Assembly: GCA_964354975.1 (NCBI GenBank)
Contig: CAYHBS010000002.1
Location: 16,088-80,087, forward strand
DNA length: 64,000 nucleotides
From: an uncultured Candidatus Saccharibacteria bacterium
Lineage (GTDB): Bacteria > Patescibacteriota > Minisyncoccia > Ryanbacterales > HO2-45-13
Direction of reading: 5' to 3'
The notes under the pieces were generated by a model. The model saw only the letters and a program-made list of their open reading frames with translations. It searched no databases and was not told the DNA's origin. The translations under genes were made by a program, and so were the position numbers. Of the stretch, positions 8,671-16,658 are shown one piece after another (within the stretch, counting starts at the first letter, position 1; each line of letters opens with the position of its first letter).

Positions 8671-9253
8671 TATTTGTAATTTGTTGATATAATTCCATAA
8701 AGAATTTAAGAATTTGCCGCCAAAGCAGTAAATTCAACATCAATCTTCATCATTGAATCCGACAATTTGGATCTTTTGACTTTCTTGCTCATTCGACGCC
8801 TCCAAATCCCTGCCTCAATATATTAAAGAGAATTACTGCCGCAACTACAGACTCACGCTACACATAAGACAATATATCATTGGAATTTTATAAAAAGAGA
8901 ACCGTTTCACGTGCAACACCACAAATGATTACCCATAATCACTCGTACATATCAAGACTCTCTTAGATTTAGTATGTCGCACAAATAATATGTGAAACAC
9001 TCAAAACTATTACAATATTGATATTATAGACAATGTCGCTAAAGAAGATCCGAAGTTACGCCTAATACCAACAGTCAGTAGGCGGAAATAATAAGGAGGT
9101 TATGGTTTCACGTGAAATACACAGCTACTGTGGATAACTTGTGTGTTAAAATATAAAGGCCAGTGTCCCTGACCTTAAATGTCTTGTAGGATAAGGACAT
9201 ATGGCCTTGACCCTTGTGTGTATGAACCGTGGATAACTATTGATATTATGAGC

Positions 9254-9790
9254 CTTCAAAAGGACGTTGGTGAGGTAGGAGAGGATATTGTCCGATTGTT
9301 TCTCATGAAACAAGGGCATTCTATCGTCGCAAAAAACGCTCTTGGATATGGCTTTGAAATTGATATTGTTTCACGATATCATGGTTGCTTCTATTTTATC
9401 GAGGTAAAAAGTGTTTCCCATGAAACATATAGTCCCGGCTATTACGCCAGCGACAGATCGCGCTTACTTGTATGGCTTGGCAATGTTGCCAGAGGAGGAT
9501 GGAGAATACTTTCCGAGGGGAAAAAGAGTCGAAAGATTTTATTCTGGAATATCAATGAGACTGGGGAATCTTCTTCTGAAACGCAGATCGAGGAGTGGAA
9601 TAATTTGCTCGCTGGCGCGGCTGACCGAGTGAATTCGCTGAAATTGTTACATGTGAAACGAGGGATTGAGATTCTGACTCATAAGGGTCTCGTCCCGGAT
9701 GATGCCGAGCTGTCTTTTGAGGTGATAACGGTCATGCTCGATTTCTTTAGAAAAACCGCTATAATACAGCGCATTCCTTGTGAACTCTGA
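9254..9790 (+). CDS. YraN/UPF0102-family (PD-(D/E)xK) endonuclease-like protein with about 80-aa C-terminal extension
   Basis: MSLQKDVGEVGEDIVRLFLMKQGHSIVAKNALGYGFEIDIVSRYHGCFYFIEVKS matches the YraN family pattern (GE..A..YL...G..IL.RN.R...GEIDL.A.....L.FVEVK). The upstream in-frame extension to 9179 is probably not translated. Confidence 0.55.
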   Translation, partial: LQKDVGEVGEDIVRLFLMKQGHSIVAKNALGYGFEIDIVSRYHGCFYFIEVKSVSHETYSPGYYASDRSRLLVWLGNVARGGWRILSEGKKSRKILFWNINETGESSSETQIEEWNNLLAGAADRVNSLKLLHVKRGIEILTHKGLVPDDAELSFEVITVMLDFFRKTAIIQRIPCEL

Positions 9791-9852
9791 TGTTTCATGT
9801 GAAACGCGGAGGCTCTGATATTGGAGCTTTTAGCTGATAGGGGAAATACCAG

Positions 9853-10036
9853 CTTACTGTGACTCTCGGGCTGTCGGCCGTACTTCTATGAGATAAATTA
9901 AGGAAGTCGGCACCACCCGTATTGAGAATATCATCACCTTACGGTGATTATCGGGCTGTCGGCCGCACTTCTAAGAGATAAGCTATTGAAGTCGGCACCA
10001 CTTGTATTGAAAGTATCGTCACCTCGCGGTGACTAA
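9853..10036 (+). repeat. Tandem repeat of about 85 bp (two full units plus a third that continues into tRNA-Pro); each unit begins with a copy of the tRNA-Pro 5' leader and first 10 nt (cgggctgtcg) and ends in a GGTGA/TCACC hairpin
   Basis: Unit A 9853-9937 and unit B 9938-10022 are about 85% identical over their full length. The third unit (10023-) diverges into the authentic tRNA at 10037. Confidence 0.7.
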
Positions 10037-10107
10037 CGGGCTGTCGTATACCGGTAGTACGCATGTTTTGGGAACATGTAGACTGGGTTCAATTCCCAGC
10101 AGCCCGA
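10037..10107 (+). tRNA. tRNA-Pro (anticodon TGG), CCA not encoded
   Basis: Manual fold: acceptor CGGGCTG/CAGCCCG, D-arm GTAT-ACCGGTA-GTAC, anticodon stem CATGT/ACATG with loop TTTGGGA (U33, anticodon UGG, G37), T-arm CTGGG-TTCAATT-CCCAG, discriminator A followed by CCG. Confidence 0.8.
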
Positions 10108-10109
10108 CC

Positions 10110-10234
10110 GGTTTTTGGAGGGAAGCAGGAGGCAAACTGCTTTGCCTCTGTTGGGAATTGAAGGGCGAGCGATGTGCGAAGCACCGCAAAGCCCCGGCCG
10201 AGCTGATGGAGCGAGGAAGACCAGCAGCCCGACC
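10110..10234 (+). ncRNA. tRNA-linked structured element copy 1 (hairpin GAGGCAAAG/CTTTGCCTC, hairpin GTGCgaaGCAC, then a duplicate of the tRNA-Pro 3' end CCAGCAGCCCGACC)
   Basis: About 75% identical to the element after the second tRNA-Pro. The first hairpin shows compensatory changes between copies (GAGGCAAA/TTTGCCTC versus CAGGTAAA/TTTACCTG). Confidence 0.4.
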
Positions 10235-10269
10235 AGTAATCGTGAAGAAAGAATGCCTATTTTAATGTG

Positions 10270-10340
10270 CGGGACGTCGTATACCGGTAGTACATACGAT
10301 TCGGGTTCGTATAGACTGGGTTCGATTCCCAGCGTCCCGA
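10270..10340 (+). tRNA. tRNA-Pro (anticodon CGG), CCA not encoded
   Basis: Acceptor CGGGACG/CGTCCCG, same D-arm as the first tRNA-Pro, anticodon stem TACGA/TCGTA with loop TTCGGGT (anticodon CGG), T-arm CTGGG-TTCGATT-CCCAG, discriminator A. Confidence 0.8.
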
Positions 10341-10342
10341 CT

Positions 10343-10480
10343 GAACGAAGTGAAGGAGGTGCAGCAGGTAAACTACTTTACCTGCGTTGGGAATCGAAGG
10401 GCGAGCGATGTGCGTAGCACCGCATAGCCCCGGCCGAGCAGATAAAGCGAGGGATTCCCAGCCTGCCCACTTTGTGGGCG
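10343..10480 (+). ncRNA. tRNA-linked structured element copy 2 (hairpin CAGGTAAAG/CTTTACCTG, hairpin GTGCgtaGCAC, terminal hairpin GCCCACtttGTGGGC)
   Basis: Paralogous to 10110-10234 with covarying stem positions. Confidence 0.4.
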
Positions 10481-10563
10481 GCCCGAATGAATAAACAAAA
10501 GAGTGCGAAAAAAGTAAACTGATGCGTCTGCATTTGGATTGAATAACTCGGTATTTTTTTGAA

Positions 10564-10592
10564 TAAAAAAAGGAGTGCTGGTTAGGCACTCC
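10564..10592 (-). terminator. Rho-independent terminator for the 10607-10978 gene
   Basis: On the minus strand, hairpin GGAGTGCctaaccaGCACTCC followed by TTTTTTTT, immediately downstream of the stop. Confidence 0.65.
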
Positions 10593-10606
10593 AAGGTTCT
10601 GAAGCA

Positions 10607-10978
10607 CTACTCAAGTGTCGGCACCCTTTCGATTATATAGTCATTATTGAAACAATCTCCGCGATACACTTCGGTGCGAATCTTGTAGGGCAGCTTAGCC
10701 CTCCTAAATCTTTGATTGAGACTGCCAATTATGCCACCCGTGCTAAAACCATCAAACATTGTTTGGCCATGCGCTCTTCCTTTCCCATTTCGAAGTGCTA
10801 CAAGGAGTCCGGTAGTTTTTCCCTGAAATGCAAGGGTTGTGAAAATATTCTCCCAATCTTTGTGTGTTAAAGAAGGGGGATTTTCGTCGGTTTCAATGTT
10901 TGTTGTCGAGATTGTTTCCCAAGTTGCTTTGCCTTTTGCGTCTCGTGATTGTTGTTGGATCGTGATGCGGAGCAACAT
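10607..10978 (-). CDS. Small basic protein, possibly a divergent ribosomal protein L19 homolog (tentative)
   Basis: LAFQGKTTGLLVALRNGKG and RFRRAKLPYKIRTE loosely parallel the L19 motifs AFEGVVIAIRNRG and RKAKLYYLRE. The similarity is weak. Confidence 0.35.
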   Translation of the reverse strand: MLLRITIQQQSRDAKGKATWETISTTNIETDENPPSLTHKDWENIFTTLAFQGKTTGLLVALRNGKGRAHGQTMFDGFSTGGIIGSLNQRFRRAKLPYKIRTEVYRGDCFNNDYIIERVPTLE

Positions 10979-11087
10979 AAGACCTCCTTTTTTCCTGGAA
11001 GACTCCTAGACGAAGGAAAGCAGAAAGCGCATGAGAAGTCAAATAGTTGCAGCAAAAGATATCCTAACGACGTAACAGTACTTACCA

Positions 11088-12551
11088 CTATTTCACTTTG
11101 TGGCGTTTTTTTATTTTTTCGACTTCAGAACCCTCAACTTCTGCGGATGTTGATTTTGCTTCTTCTGATTTTTTCTTCAGCGCTACGTCATCCAGTTTGT
11201 TCAATGTTATTGCGAGATCCATGAGATATTCTTTCGTATTGTTCTTTGGCTCGTCGAGCACCGCGCCAAGAAGTGCATTCAATATATAACCAATGCGCGG
11301 GCTAGGGGAGAGTGAGAGCTCTTTCATAAGATCATTTCCAGTGACCTTGAGCATTTTCACGGATATTGGATCGCGCTGGAGTTGTTCCACCATGAAACGA
11401 AAATGACGCAATTTATATGGCTCTGCCTTTGGTACGCCCGAACCGATGCGGTCGCACATACGCACGCGAATGAGATCTTCCATATCTTCCACTCCCACTT
11501 GCGCAATGAGGCGTCGTACTGACGCGGGCGTCACTTCATCAACGTTGTAGTAGAACAAATGAAAGCGCACCAGCTTGGTGACTTTTTCTACCACCGACTT
11601 TGAATATTTCATACGCTCAAGTAGTGGACGCGCCATTTGCGCACCCACAATGTCGTGATTATAGAACGTGGAATATGTTCCATCGCCTTTTTTGGTGCGT
11701 GGTTTTGCAACGTCGTGAAGCAGTGCGCCGAGACGTACTTCAAGTGACCACCCTTGCTCCGCCGCGTATTTGAGCGCACGTACGTTGTGCTCCCACACCG
11801 TGTAGATGTGATGCAAATTTTGACCAACACCAATGCCCTCACAGAGTTCTGGCATGATGTATTGCATTAAGTCGAGCGTTTCGAGTTGTTGCACACCCAC
11901 TTCGGGATGCTCGGACATAATGATGCGGTCAAATTCCGCGCGAATCCGCTCCATCGCAATATCTTTGAGGAGTGCGGAATATTTATGCACGGCATTTGCG
12001 GTTTCGGACGCTATGGCAAAATCCAGTTGTGTAGCAAAGCGTACTGCACGCATAAGGCGAAGCGCGTCTTCGGAAAGTCGTGCAGCAGGATCTCCCACGG
12101 TTTTTACAATCTTCTTTGCCAAATCTTTCTCTCCACCAAATGGATCGACAATTTCAAAATCATTTTTTACGCGACACATTGCCATTGCATTGATGGTGAA
12201 ATCGCGACGTGCTAAATCTTTCTCAAGCGAATCGACAAATTCCACAGCGTCGGGGCGGCGGCGATCAGCATATCCCTGTTCGGTTCGGTACGGAGTCACT
12301 TCAATGATTGCGAGTGTTTCATCTTCACTTCCCGTTTTTATGCCGACCGTGCCGAAATTATTTTCGTAGACGTGGTCGGGGAATAACTTTTGAATATCTT
12401 CTGGTTTTGCGTTTGTCGTTACGTCCCAATCAGCGGGGGCGCGGCCAAGGAGTAAATCGCGAACACATCCACCAACAATGTATGCATCAAAACCACCTTC
12501 CTCAAGTATGTTGAGGACGCGCGTTACTTCAATTGGAATGGAGTATTTCAT
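11088..12551 (-). CDS. cca: CCA-adding tRNA nucleotidyltransferase (class II, PolyA_pol head plus HD domain)
   Basis: N-terminal GGCVRDLLLGR...DWDVTT nucleotidyltransferase motif. RDFTINAMA motif. HD domain in the C-terminal half. 487 aa. Confidence 0.85.
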   Translation of the reverse strand: MKYSIPIEVTRVLNILEEGGFDAYIVGGCVRDLLLGRAPADWDVTTNAKPEDIQKLFPDHVYENNFGTVGIKTGSEDETLAIIEVTPYRTEQGYADRRRPDAVEFVDSLEKDLARRDFTINAMAMCRVKNDFEIVDPFGGEKDLAKKIVKTVGDPAARLSEDALRLMRAVRFATQLDFAIASETANAVHKYSALLKDIAMERIRAEFDRIIMSEHPEVGVQQLETLDLMQYIMPELCEGIGVGQNLHHIYTVWEHNVRALKYAAEQGWSLEVRLGALLHDVAKPRTKKGDGTYSTFYNHDIVGAQMARPLLERMKYSKSVVEKVTKLVRFHLFYYNVDEVTPASVRRLIAQVGVEDMEDLIRVRMCDRIGSGVPKAEPYKLRHFRFMVEQLQRDPISVKMLKVTGNDLMKELSLSPSPRIGYILNALLGAVLDEPKNNTKEYLMDLAITLNKLDDVALKKKSEEAKSTSAEVEGSEVEKIKKRHKVK

Positions 12552-12826
12552 ATGTTGCGTATTTGTAATGCACCGCGCAGCATTTGCTTTAATGCATTCT
12601 TACCACGTGTGGTCTTAAAATATCCTTCACGTCACTTCGCATCATCTATGACGCTGTGTGCTTCATAATATATTAAAACAAACGGACGACGTGACTTGGT
12701 AGACTTTGACCCGCCATTCTTGTGCTCTTTCATTCTTCTCCGCAAATCCGATGAGTAACCGATATATAGCTTATTGTCCAAGAGACTTTTTAGGACATAG
12801 GTATAGTACATTCTCCTATTGTACAT
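12548..12826 (-). pseudogene. GIY-YIG nuclease-domain gene interrupted by an in-frame TGA (codon at 12630-12632) at a conserved Arg position
   Basis: The N-terminal 64 aa (YTYVLKSLLDNKLYIGYSSDLRRRMKEHKNG...RRPFVLIYYEAH) is classic GIY-YIG. After the TGA, the same frame continues as REGYFKTTRGKNALKQMLRGALQIRNI, matching the family C-terminus (KRREKYFKTTKGKKAL..ML). Its terminal TGA overlaps the cca ATG (ATGA coupling). Confidence 0.6.
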
Positions 12827-12905
12827 CGATCACATTATTGATTGGGAATTCATTGACCGTAAACCACGTTGGGTTCACGGCCATGAACTCCATGTAGTTC
12901 ATGGG

Positions 12906-12978
12906 TCCGCCCACTTGGATTCGAACCAAGGACCCACTGCTTAAGAGGCAGTTGCTCTACCAGCTGAGCTATAGGCGG
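12906..12978 (-). tRNA. tRNA-Lys (anticodon CTT), CCA not encoded
   Basis: Minus-strand fold: acceptor CCGCCTA/TGGGCGG, D-arm GCTC-AGCTGGTA-GAGC, anticodon stem ACTGC/GCAGT with loop CTCTTAA, T-arm CTTGG-TTCGAAT-CCAAG, discriminator A. Confidence 0.8.
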
Positions 12979-12984
12979 AAGATA

Positions 12985-13130
12985 TATGCACAAAAACATT
13001 AAATCATGAAAACACATGAACATTAAAGCACAAGAACACCAGAACATTAAAGCAAAAAAACATTAAATTATGAAAACACAAGAACATTAAATCACAAAAA
13101 CACGAAAACAAAAGAACACAAACAGTTTAT
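12985..13130. repeat. A-rich degenerate tandem repeat (aacattaaa[gt]ca... units, about 8 copies)
   Basis: Repeated acattaaa cores at irregular spacing of about 17-21 bp between tRNA-Lys and tRNA-Arg. Confidence 0.6.
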
Positions 13131-13234
13131 CGCGATCCCCCCGCCAGCTGGCGGATCCCACCCCGCTTTGCGGGGACGCTCCGACTTTCGAGTCCCTCCC
13201 GTCCCGCGCACCGGCGGGACTCTCGGACGCCTTG
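13131..13234 (-). other. GC-rich cluster of 3-4 hairpins immediately 3' of tRNA-Arg (CGCCAGCTGGCG palindrome, CCCCGCtttGCGGGG, GTCCCGCcggtgcGCGGGAC)
   Basis: Local GC is much higher than the flanking sequence. Contains a T-arm-like GGAGGGACTCGAAAGTC segment. Could be a terminator array, an att-site remnant or a small RNA. Confidence 0.35.
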
Positions 13235-13307
13235 CGTCCTCGGAGGGACTCGAACCCCCAACCTTTGGTTCCGAAGACCAACGCTCTAGCCATTGAGCTA
13301 CGAGGAC
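13235..13307 (-). tRNA. tRNA-Arg (anticodon TCG), CCA not encoded
   Basis: Minus-strand fold: acceptor GTCCTCG/CGAGGAC, D-arm GCTC-AATGGCTA-GAGC, anticodon stem TTGGT/ACCAA with loop CTTCGGA, T-arm GGGGG-TTCGAGT-CCCTC, discriminator G. Confidence 0.75.
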
Positions 13308-13408
13308 ATGCATGGACAGCGCTCTATTTATACCATGACATTTCACGAAAATAAAGAAAGGGCGGGAGGATCCGTATGGATCTTCCCGCCCCAGTTGTTT
13401 GCACCTCC

Positions 13409-13966
13409 TTAGCTATCTCGCCGCACATCAACTCCGAAGCTATACGTGCGATAAGGGTTGTCCGGATCCGGTAGAAATTTCACCCTCGCTCCACGCGACG
13501 GCATATAACTGAAACATGAAACGCCGGCTGGTGGCGGAGGATCACACTCCAACACACCAATCCGATTTTGAGAACTATCTCGAAAGTCGGTCTCCTCGTT
13601 TGTGCAGTCTGAGCAAACGGGAATGACCTTCCCTTTTCCGCTCGCGATCTTGATGTACGGAGTAACGTCGCCCGGCTTATACCGACGAAATTCCGTGCTC
13701 ACCACCGTTCCTACGTCCTGTCTGAAGAGCCAATGACTCTCGAGCGGCATTTCAACCGTCGGAGAGCCTTTGTAGTGAATCACCCAGTCGGAGTCGTAGT
13801 ATGAGTCGGTAAGGGGATTGTACTGCGCAATGAGTCTCATCACATCAGCACTCGCCCCAAACGTTGTTGTCATACTACCGACGCTCATCACCATCATCGC
13901 AACGGCACTCAGAATGAAGAGTGCACGAGCAATGCGAATGATCCGAGGAATCGTTGTCTTGTTCAT
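13409..13966 (-). CDS. Membrane-anchored hypothetical protein (N-terminal TM, Cys-containing extracytoplasmic domain)
   Basis: Hydrophobic segment ALFILSAVAMMVMSVGS. Overlaps the upstream gene by 4 nt. Confidence 0.45.
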   Translation of the reverse strand: MNKTTIPRIIRIARALFILSAVAMMVMSVGSMTTTFGASADVMRLIAQYNPLTDSYYDSDWVIHYKGSPTVEMPLESHWLFRQDVGTVVSTEFRRYKPGDVTPYIKIASGKGKVIPVCSDCTNEETDFRDSSQNRIGVLECDPPPPAGVSCFSYMPSRGARVKFLPDPDNPYRTYSFGVDVRRDS

Positions 13967-15282
13967 GGAGTCCCTCCTTGTCCTCCGCCTTGTCCCTTAC
14001 CACTCTTTCCCTTTCCACCTTGCTGGGGCGGAACAGGGGTTTGCGGTGTTTGCGATGGAGTAGCGCCCTGTGTTGTCACACCAAGCGCCGCACCCGCCGC
14101 CGCCAATGCACCAACGAGGGAGTTTGGATTGTCAGTGGATATGTGAATACCCTTTCTCACTTCCTGTTGAATTTGCACGGCGACGAGCAAGTCCTTGTCG
14201 ATTTCTTTAAGGATTTTTGCGACCTCCACCGTCTTTTTCGCGCGCTCAATATCGCCTTGCGCCTCCTTTGCTGCAATCTCTGCTTTTTCGAGCGCCGCTT
14301 CGTACTTCTCGGAGAACTTCGCATCATCACGATCGGCCGACTCTACTCTGCAGCCGAAGCGCTTTTCTACTTCACTATCCTGATTTTTCTCCTCCCTCTC
14401 GATATACTCCTCGATGAATTTGGCGTTCAAGCGGTAGAACGTCAGTTCTGCGCCCTGCTTGATCCATCCTTGATGATCAAGAAACTCTGTGTTGTCGGGC
14501 GCATTGTCTTTCGCTACAGGATCCCAATAAGCTCCTTGTAACGTAAGATTCTTCTTGTTTTCTTCGAGAAATTTCGCATCCTTGTGCGGCGGCTTCTCAA
14601 GCATAATCACGCTCAACATAATCAGCTGCTGCTCGCGTTCCGCAGCACGGAATTCAACGCCCCTGCTCTTTGAGATAATTTCCTGCACCACGACGGACGC
14701 GAAGGCCTCGATGCCCTTCGCTATGTCTGCAAAGGTTTCATATTTGAGTCCCACAGTGGAGAGATACCTCCGGAGCCGTTCGACCCACAGAATCTCTCGC
14801 ACTCGAATCTGAACGTTGTCAGCGGAAGTACCATTCACGCACACTTCTACTTTCTCACGCTTCAGGGACACCATCTCCATCGTGATTGCCCATTTGGGCA
14901 ACCACAGAATGCGATTTCCCGAATCGAGCGTCACGCGCATCGGCTTTCCAAACCATCGCAGGCGTCCCGCATGTTCCGTCGGTTCTGATGGCACTTTTGT
15001 CGAGACGCTCCACGAGTAGTACACCGCACCGGAAATTGCCAGCACGACACCGAATACATGCGCCACACTATAGAGAAGTGCCGAGAACACACACGTCACC
15101 GCAACGATAATCGCGATCTGCGCTTCGTAGCGCAGTATGAGCAGTTGGTCTAGGATCAGTATGCTCACTGGGGGTGAAGATTGCGTCGCGCTGGGAGTTC
15201 CTGTTCCGCGACGACCAATGAAAGTCGAGAGCACTGCGAGCACGCAGAGCCCGAGACCAAGACTAATGATAAGTGGGCTCAT
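13963..15282 (-). CDS. Membrane protein with two N-terminal TM helices, a possible SPFH/band-7-like core and a Gly/Lys/Gln-rich tail
   Basis: Two hydrophobic helices followed by a coiled-coil/EA-rich region and a C-terminal GGKGKSGKGQGGGQGG tail. The SPFH assignment is tentative. Confidence 0.4.
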   Translation of the reverse strand: MSPLIISLGLGLCVLAVLSTFIGRRGTGTPSATQSSPPVSILILDQLLILRYEAQIAIIVAVTCVFSALLYSVAHVFGVVLAISGAVYYSWSVSTKVPSEPTEHAGRLRWFGKPMRVTLDSGNRILWLPKWAITMEMVSLKREKVEVCVNGTSADNVQIRVREILWVERLRRYLSTVGLKYETFADIAKGIEAFASVVVQEIISKSRGVEFRAAEREQQLIMLSVIMLEKPPHKDAKFLEENKKNLTLQGAYWDPVAKDNAPDNTEFLDHQGWIKQGAELTFYRLNAKFIEEYIEREEKNQDSEVEKRFGCRVESADRDDAKFSEKYEAALEKAEIAAKEAQGDIERAKKTVEVAKILKEIDKDLLVAVQIQQEVRKGIHISTDNPNSLVGALAAAGAALGVTTQGATPSQTPQTPVPPQQGGKGKSGKGQGGGQGGTP

Positions 15283-15403
15283 TTGCCCCTCCTTTTGACA
15301 CCGCGATGCGGTGTTTTTGTGAATTTACTTTACCGGAGCATTATATAACAAAAAAGCACATTTGTCAATGCGCGAATGGTCAAAAACTCGTTACGTGACA
15401 ACG

Positions 15404-16318
15404 TTATTCCGATGTCTCGCCTTTGCGCTTTGAGCGATGCCCGTGAAATGCCTGGTGGACGTCTTTGAGCTGTCTGTCCGTGAGGTGGGTATAGACCTGT
15501 GTGGTGGTGATAGAGGAGTGCCCAAGAAGCACCTGTACACTGCGCAGATCGGCTCCATTGATGAGTAAATCGGTGGCAAATAAGTGCCGAAGCGTGTGTG
15601 GAGTAACAGATTTTACGATACCCGATTTCACTGCGTACCGCGAAATAAGCCGCTGAATTTGGCGCACCGTTAAACGCCCGGGATTCTTATTCGTTCCCAC
15701 AAATAGCGCGTCTTCAATATCCCCGCGTTTTTCGAGATATCCCTTGATTGCCTCGGTTGCGCGAGGGGAGAGAAACACCACGCGCACTTTTCCTCCCTTT
15801 CCACGCACGGAAAACTCTCCGCGCGTAAAATCGATTGAATCTTTATTGAGGCGCGCAAGCTCCGAGATGCGAAGTCCCGTCGAAAAAAGGAGCTCTAATA
15901 TCGCTTTGTCCCTTAGAGATCTTATGGACATTCCTTCGGGAGCAGCGAGGAGGCGCTCCAAATCTTCTATACTGGGTAAGTCAAAATCGCGTTGCTGGGT
16001 TTTGGGAAGCTCAATTTTTTCGGCAGCGAGCGTTTGAATGTCGCGTTTCGCGAGATACTTGAGAAACGCGCGGAGTGCAATTAAATGATACGTCTGCGTA
16101 CTCCGCGAGAGCGCCGCTCCGTGCGCGTCCACCGTGCGATTCAGCGCGAGGCGATACGAGCGCACGATATCGTCCGTAATCTTGGAAGGGAAGGTGACCC
16201 CGGAAAGCTCGGTAAATCGCAACAAATAATGGCGATAATTTTCAATCGTTTTGCGAGCGCGCCCCCGCTCTACTTCGAGATATTCTAAAAAATCGTCGAG
16301 ATATTGCATAGCAAACAA
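15404..16318 (-). CDS. Tyrosine site-specific recombinase, XerC/XerD family
   Basis: C-terminal catalytic region HTLRHLFATDLLINGADLRSVQVLLGHSSITTTQVYTHL (R..H..R/Y motifs). N-terminal SAM-like core-binding domain. Confidence 0.85.
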   Translation of the reverse strand: MFAMQYLDDFLEYLEVERGRARKTIENYRHYLLRFTELSGVTFPSKITDDIVRSYRLALNRTVDAHGAALSRSTQTYHLIALRAFLKYLAKRDIQTLAAEKIELPKTQQRDFDLPSIEDLERLLAAPEGMSIRSLRDKAILELLFSTGLRISELARLNKDSIDFTRGEFSVRGKGGKVRVVFLSPRATEAIKGYLEKRGDIEDALFVGTNKNPGRLTVRQIQRLISRYAVKSGIVKSVTPHTLRHLFATDLLINGADLRSVQVLLGHSSITTTQVYTHLTDRQLKDVHQAFHGHRSKRKGETSE

Positions 16319-16403
16319 ATGGTTCTTTCAGTATACCATGTCGCACAATATCGCATATTAAACACGACAAATTATTGACTCTTTACAATAACTGTGCTAT
16401 AAA

Positions 16404-16658
16404 ATGAGAAATTGGAGGTGGCAGGTGGAGAAAACAAAGAGACTACTATTTGCCAAACGATTAAAGGTCCTTCGGGAAATTGCTAGGTGGACTCCCGATC
16501 AAATGGCCAGTGAACTCAAAATCCCCGTCGCACAGTACTCTCTCCTCGAATCGGGAATTCTCCCTATTCACAAGGCGACTATTCGAGCAGTGCAGCAAAC
16601 AATGGTGGAGTCCGGTATCTATGCCGACGACAAGCTTGTATACCAAGGGAGTGACTAG
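16404..16658 (+). CDS. Small helix-turn-helix (XRE-like) DNA-binding protein
   Basis: 84 aa. LFAKRLKVLREIARWTPDQMASELKIPVAQYSLLESG matches the XRE-family HTH pattern. Divergent from the recombinase gene. Confidence 0.55.
   Translation: MRNWRWQVEKTKRLLFAKRLKVLREIARWTPDQMASELKIPVAQYSLLESGILPIHKATIRAVQQTMVESGIYADDKLVYQGSD

Noticed and set aside
9127-9236. Interpreting the two DnaA-box-like 9-mers as a second chromosomal origin
   Set aside because: The canonical dnaA-dnaN origin context is 30 kb away. Two boxes alone are insufficient, so the region is reported only as a possible regulatory or titration site.
9853-10036. Repeat array upstream of tRNA-Pro considered as a CRISPR array
   Set aside because: The 85-bp units are homologous over their entire length. 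There are no short identical repeats alternating with unique spacers, and no cas genes nearby.
10029-10417. Track ORFs 10029-10265 (+), 10115-10417 (+) and 10257-10607 (-)
   Set aside because: They run straight through two well-folded tRNA-Pro genes and their paralogous hairpin elements. They have no SD and no plausible protein features.
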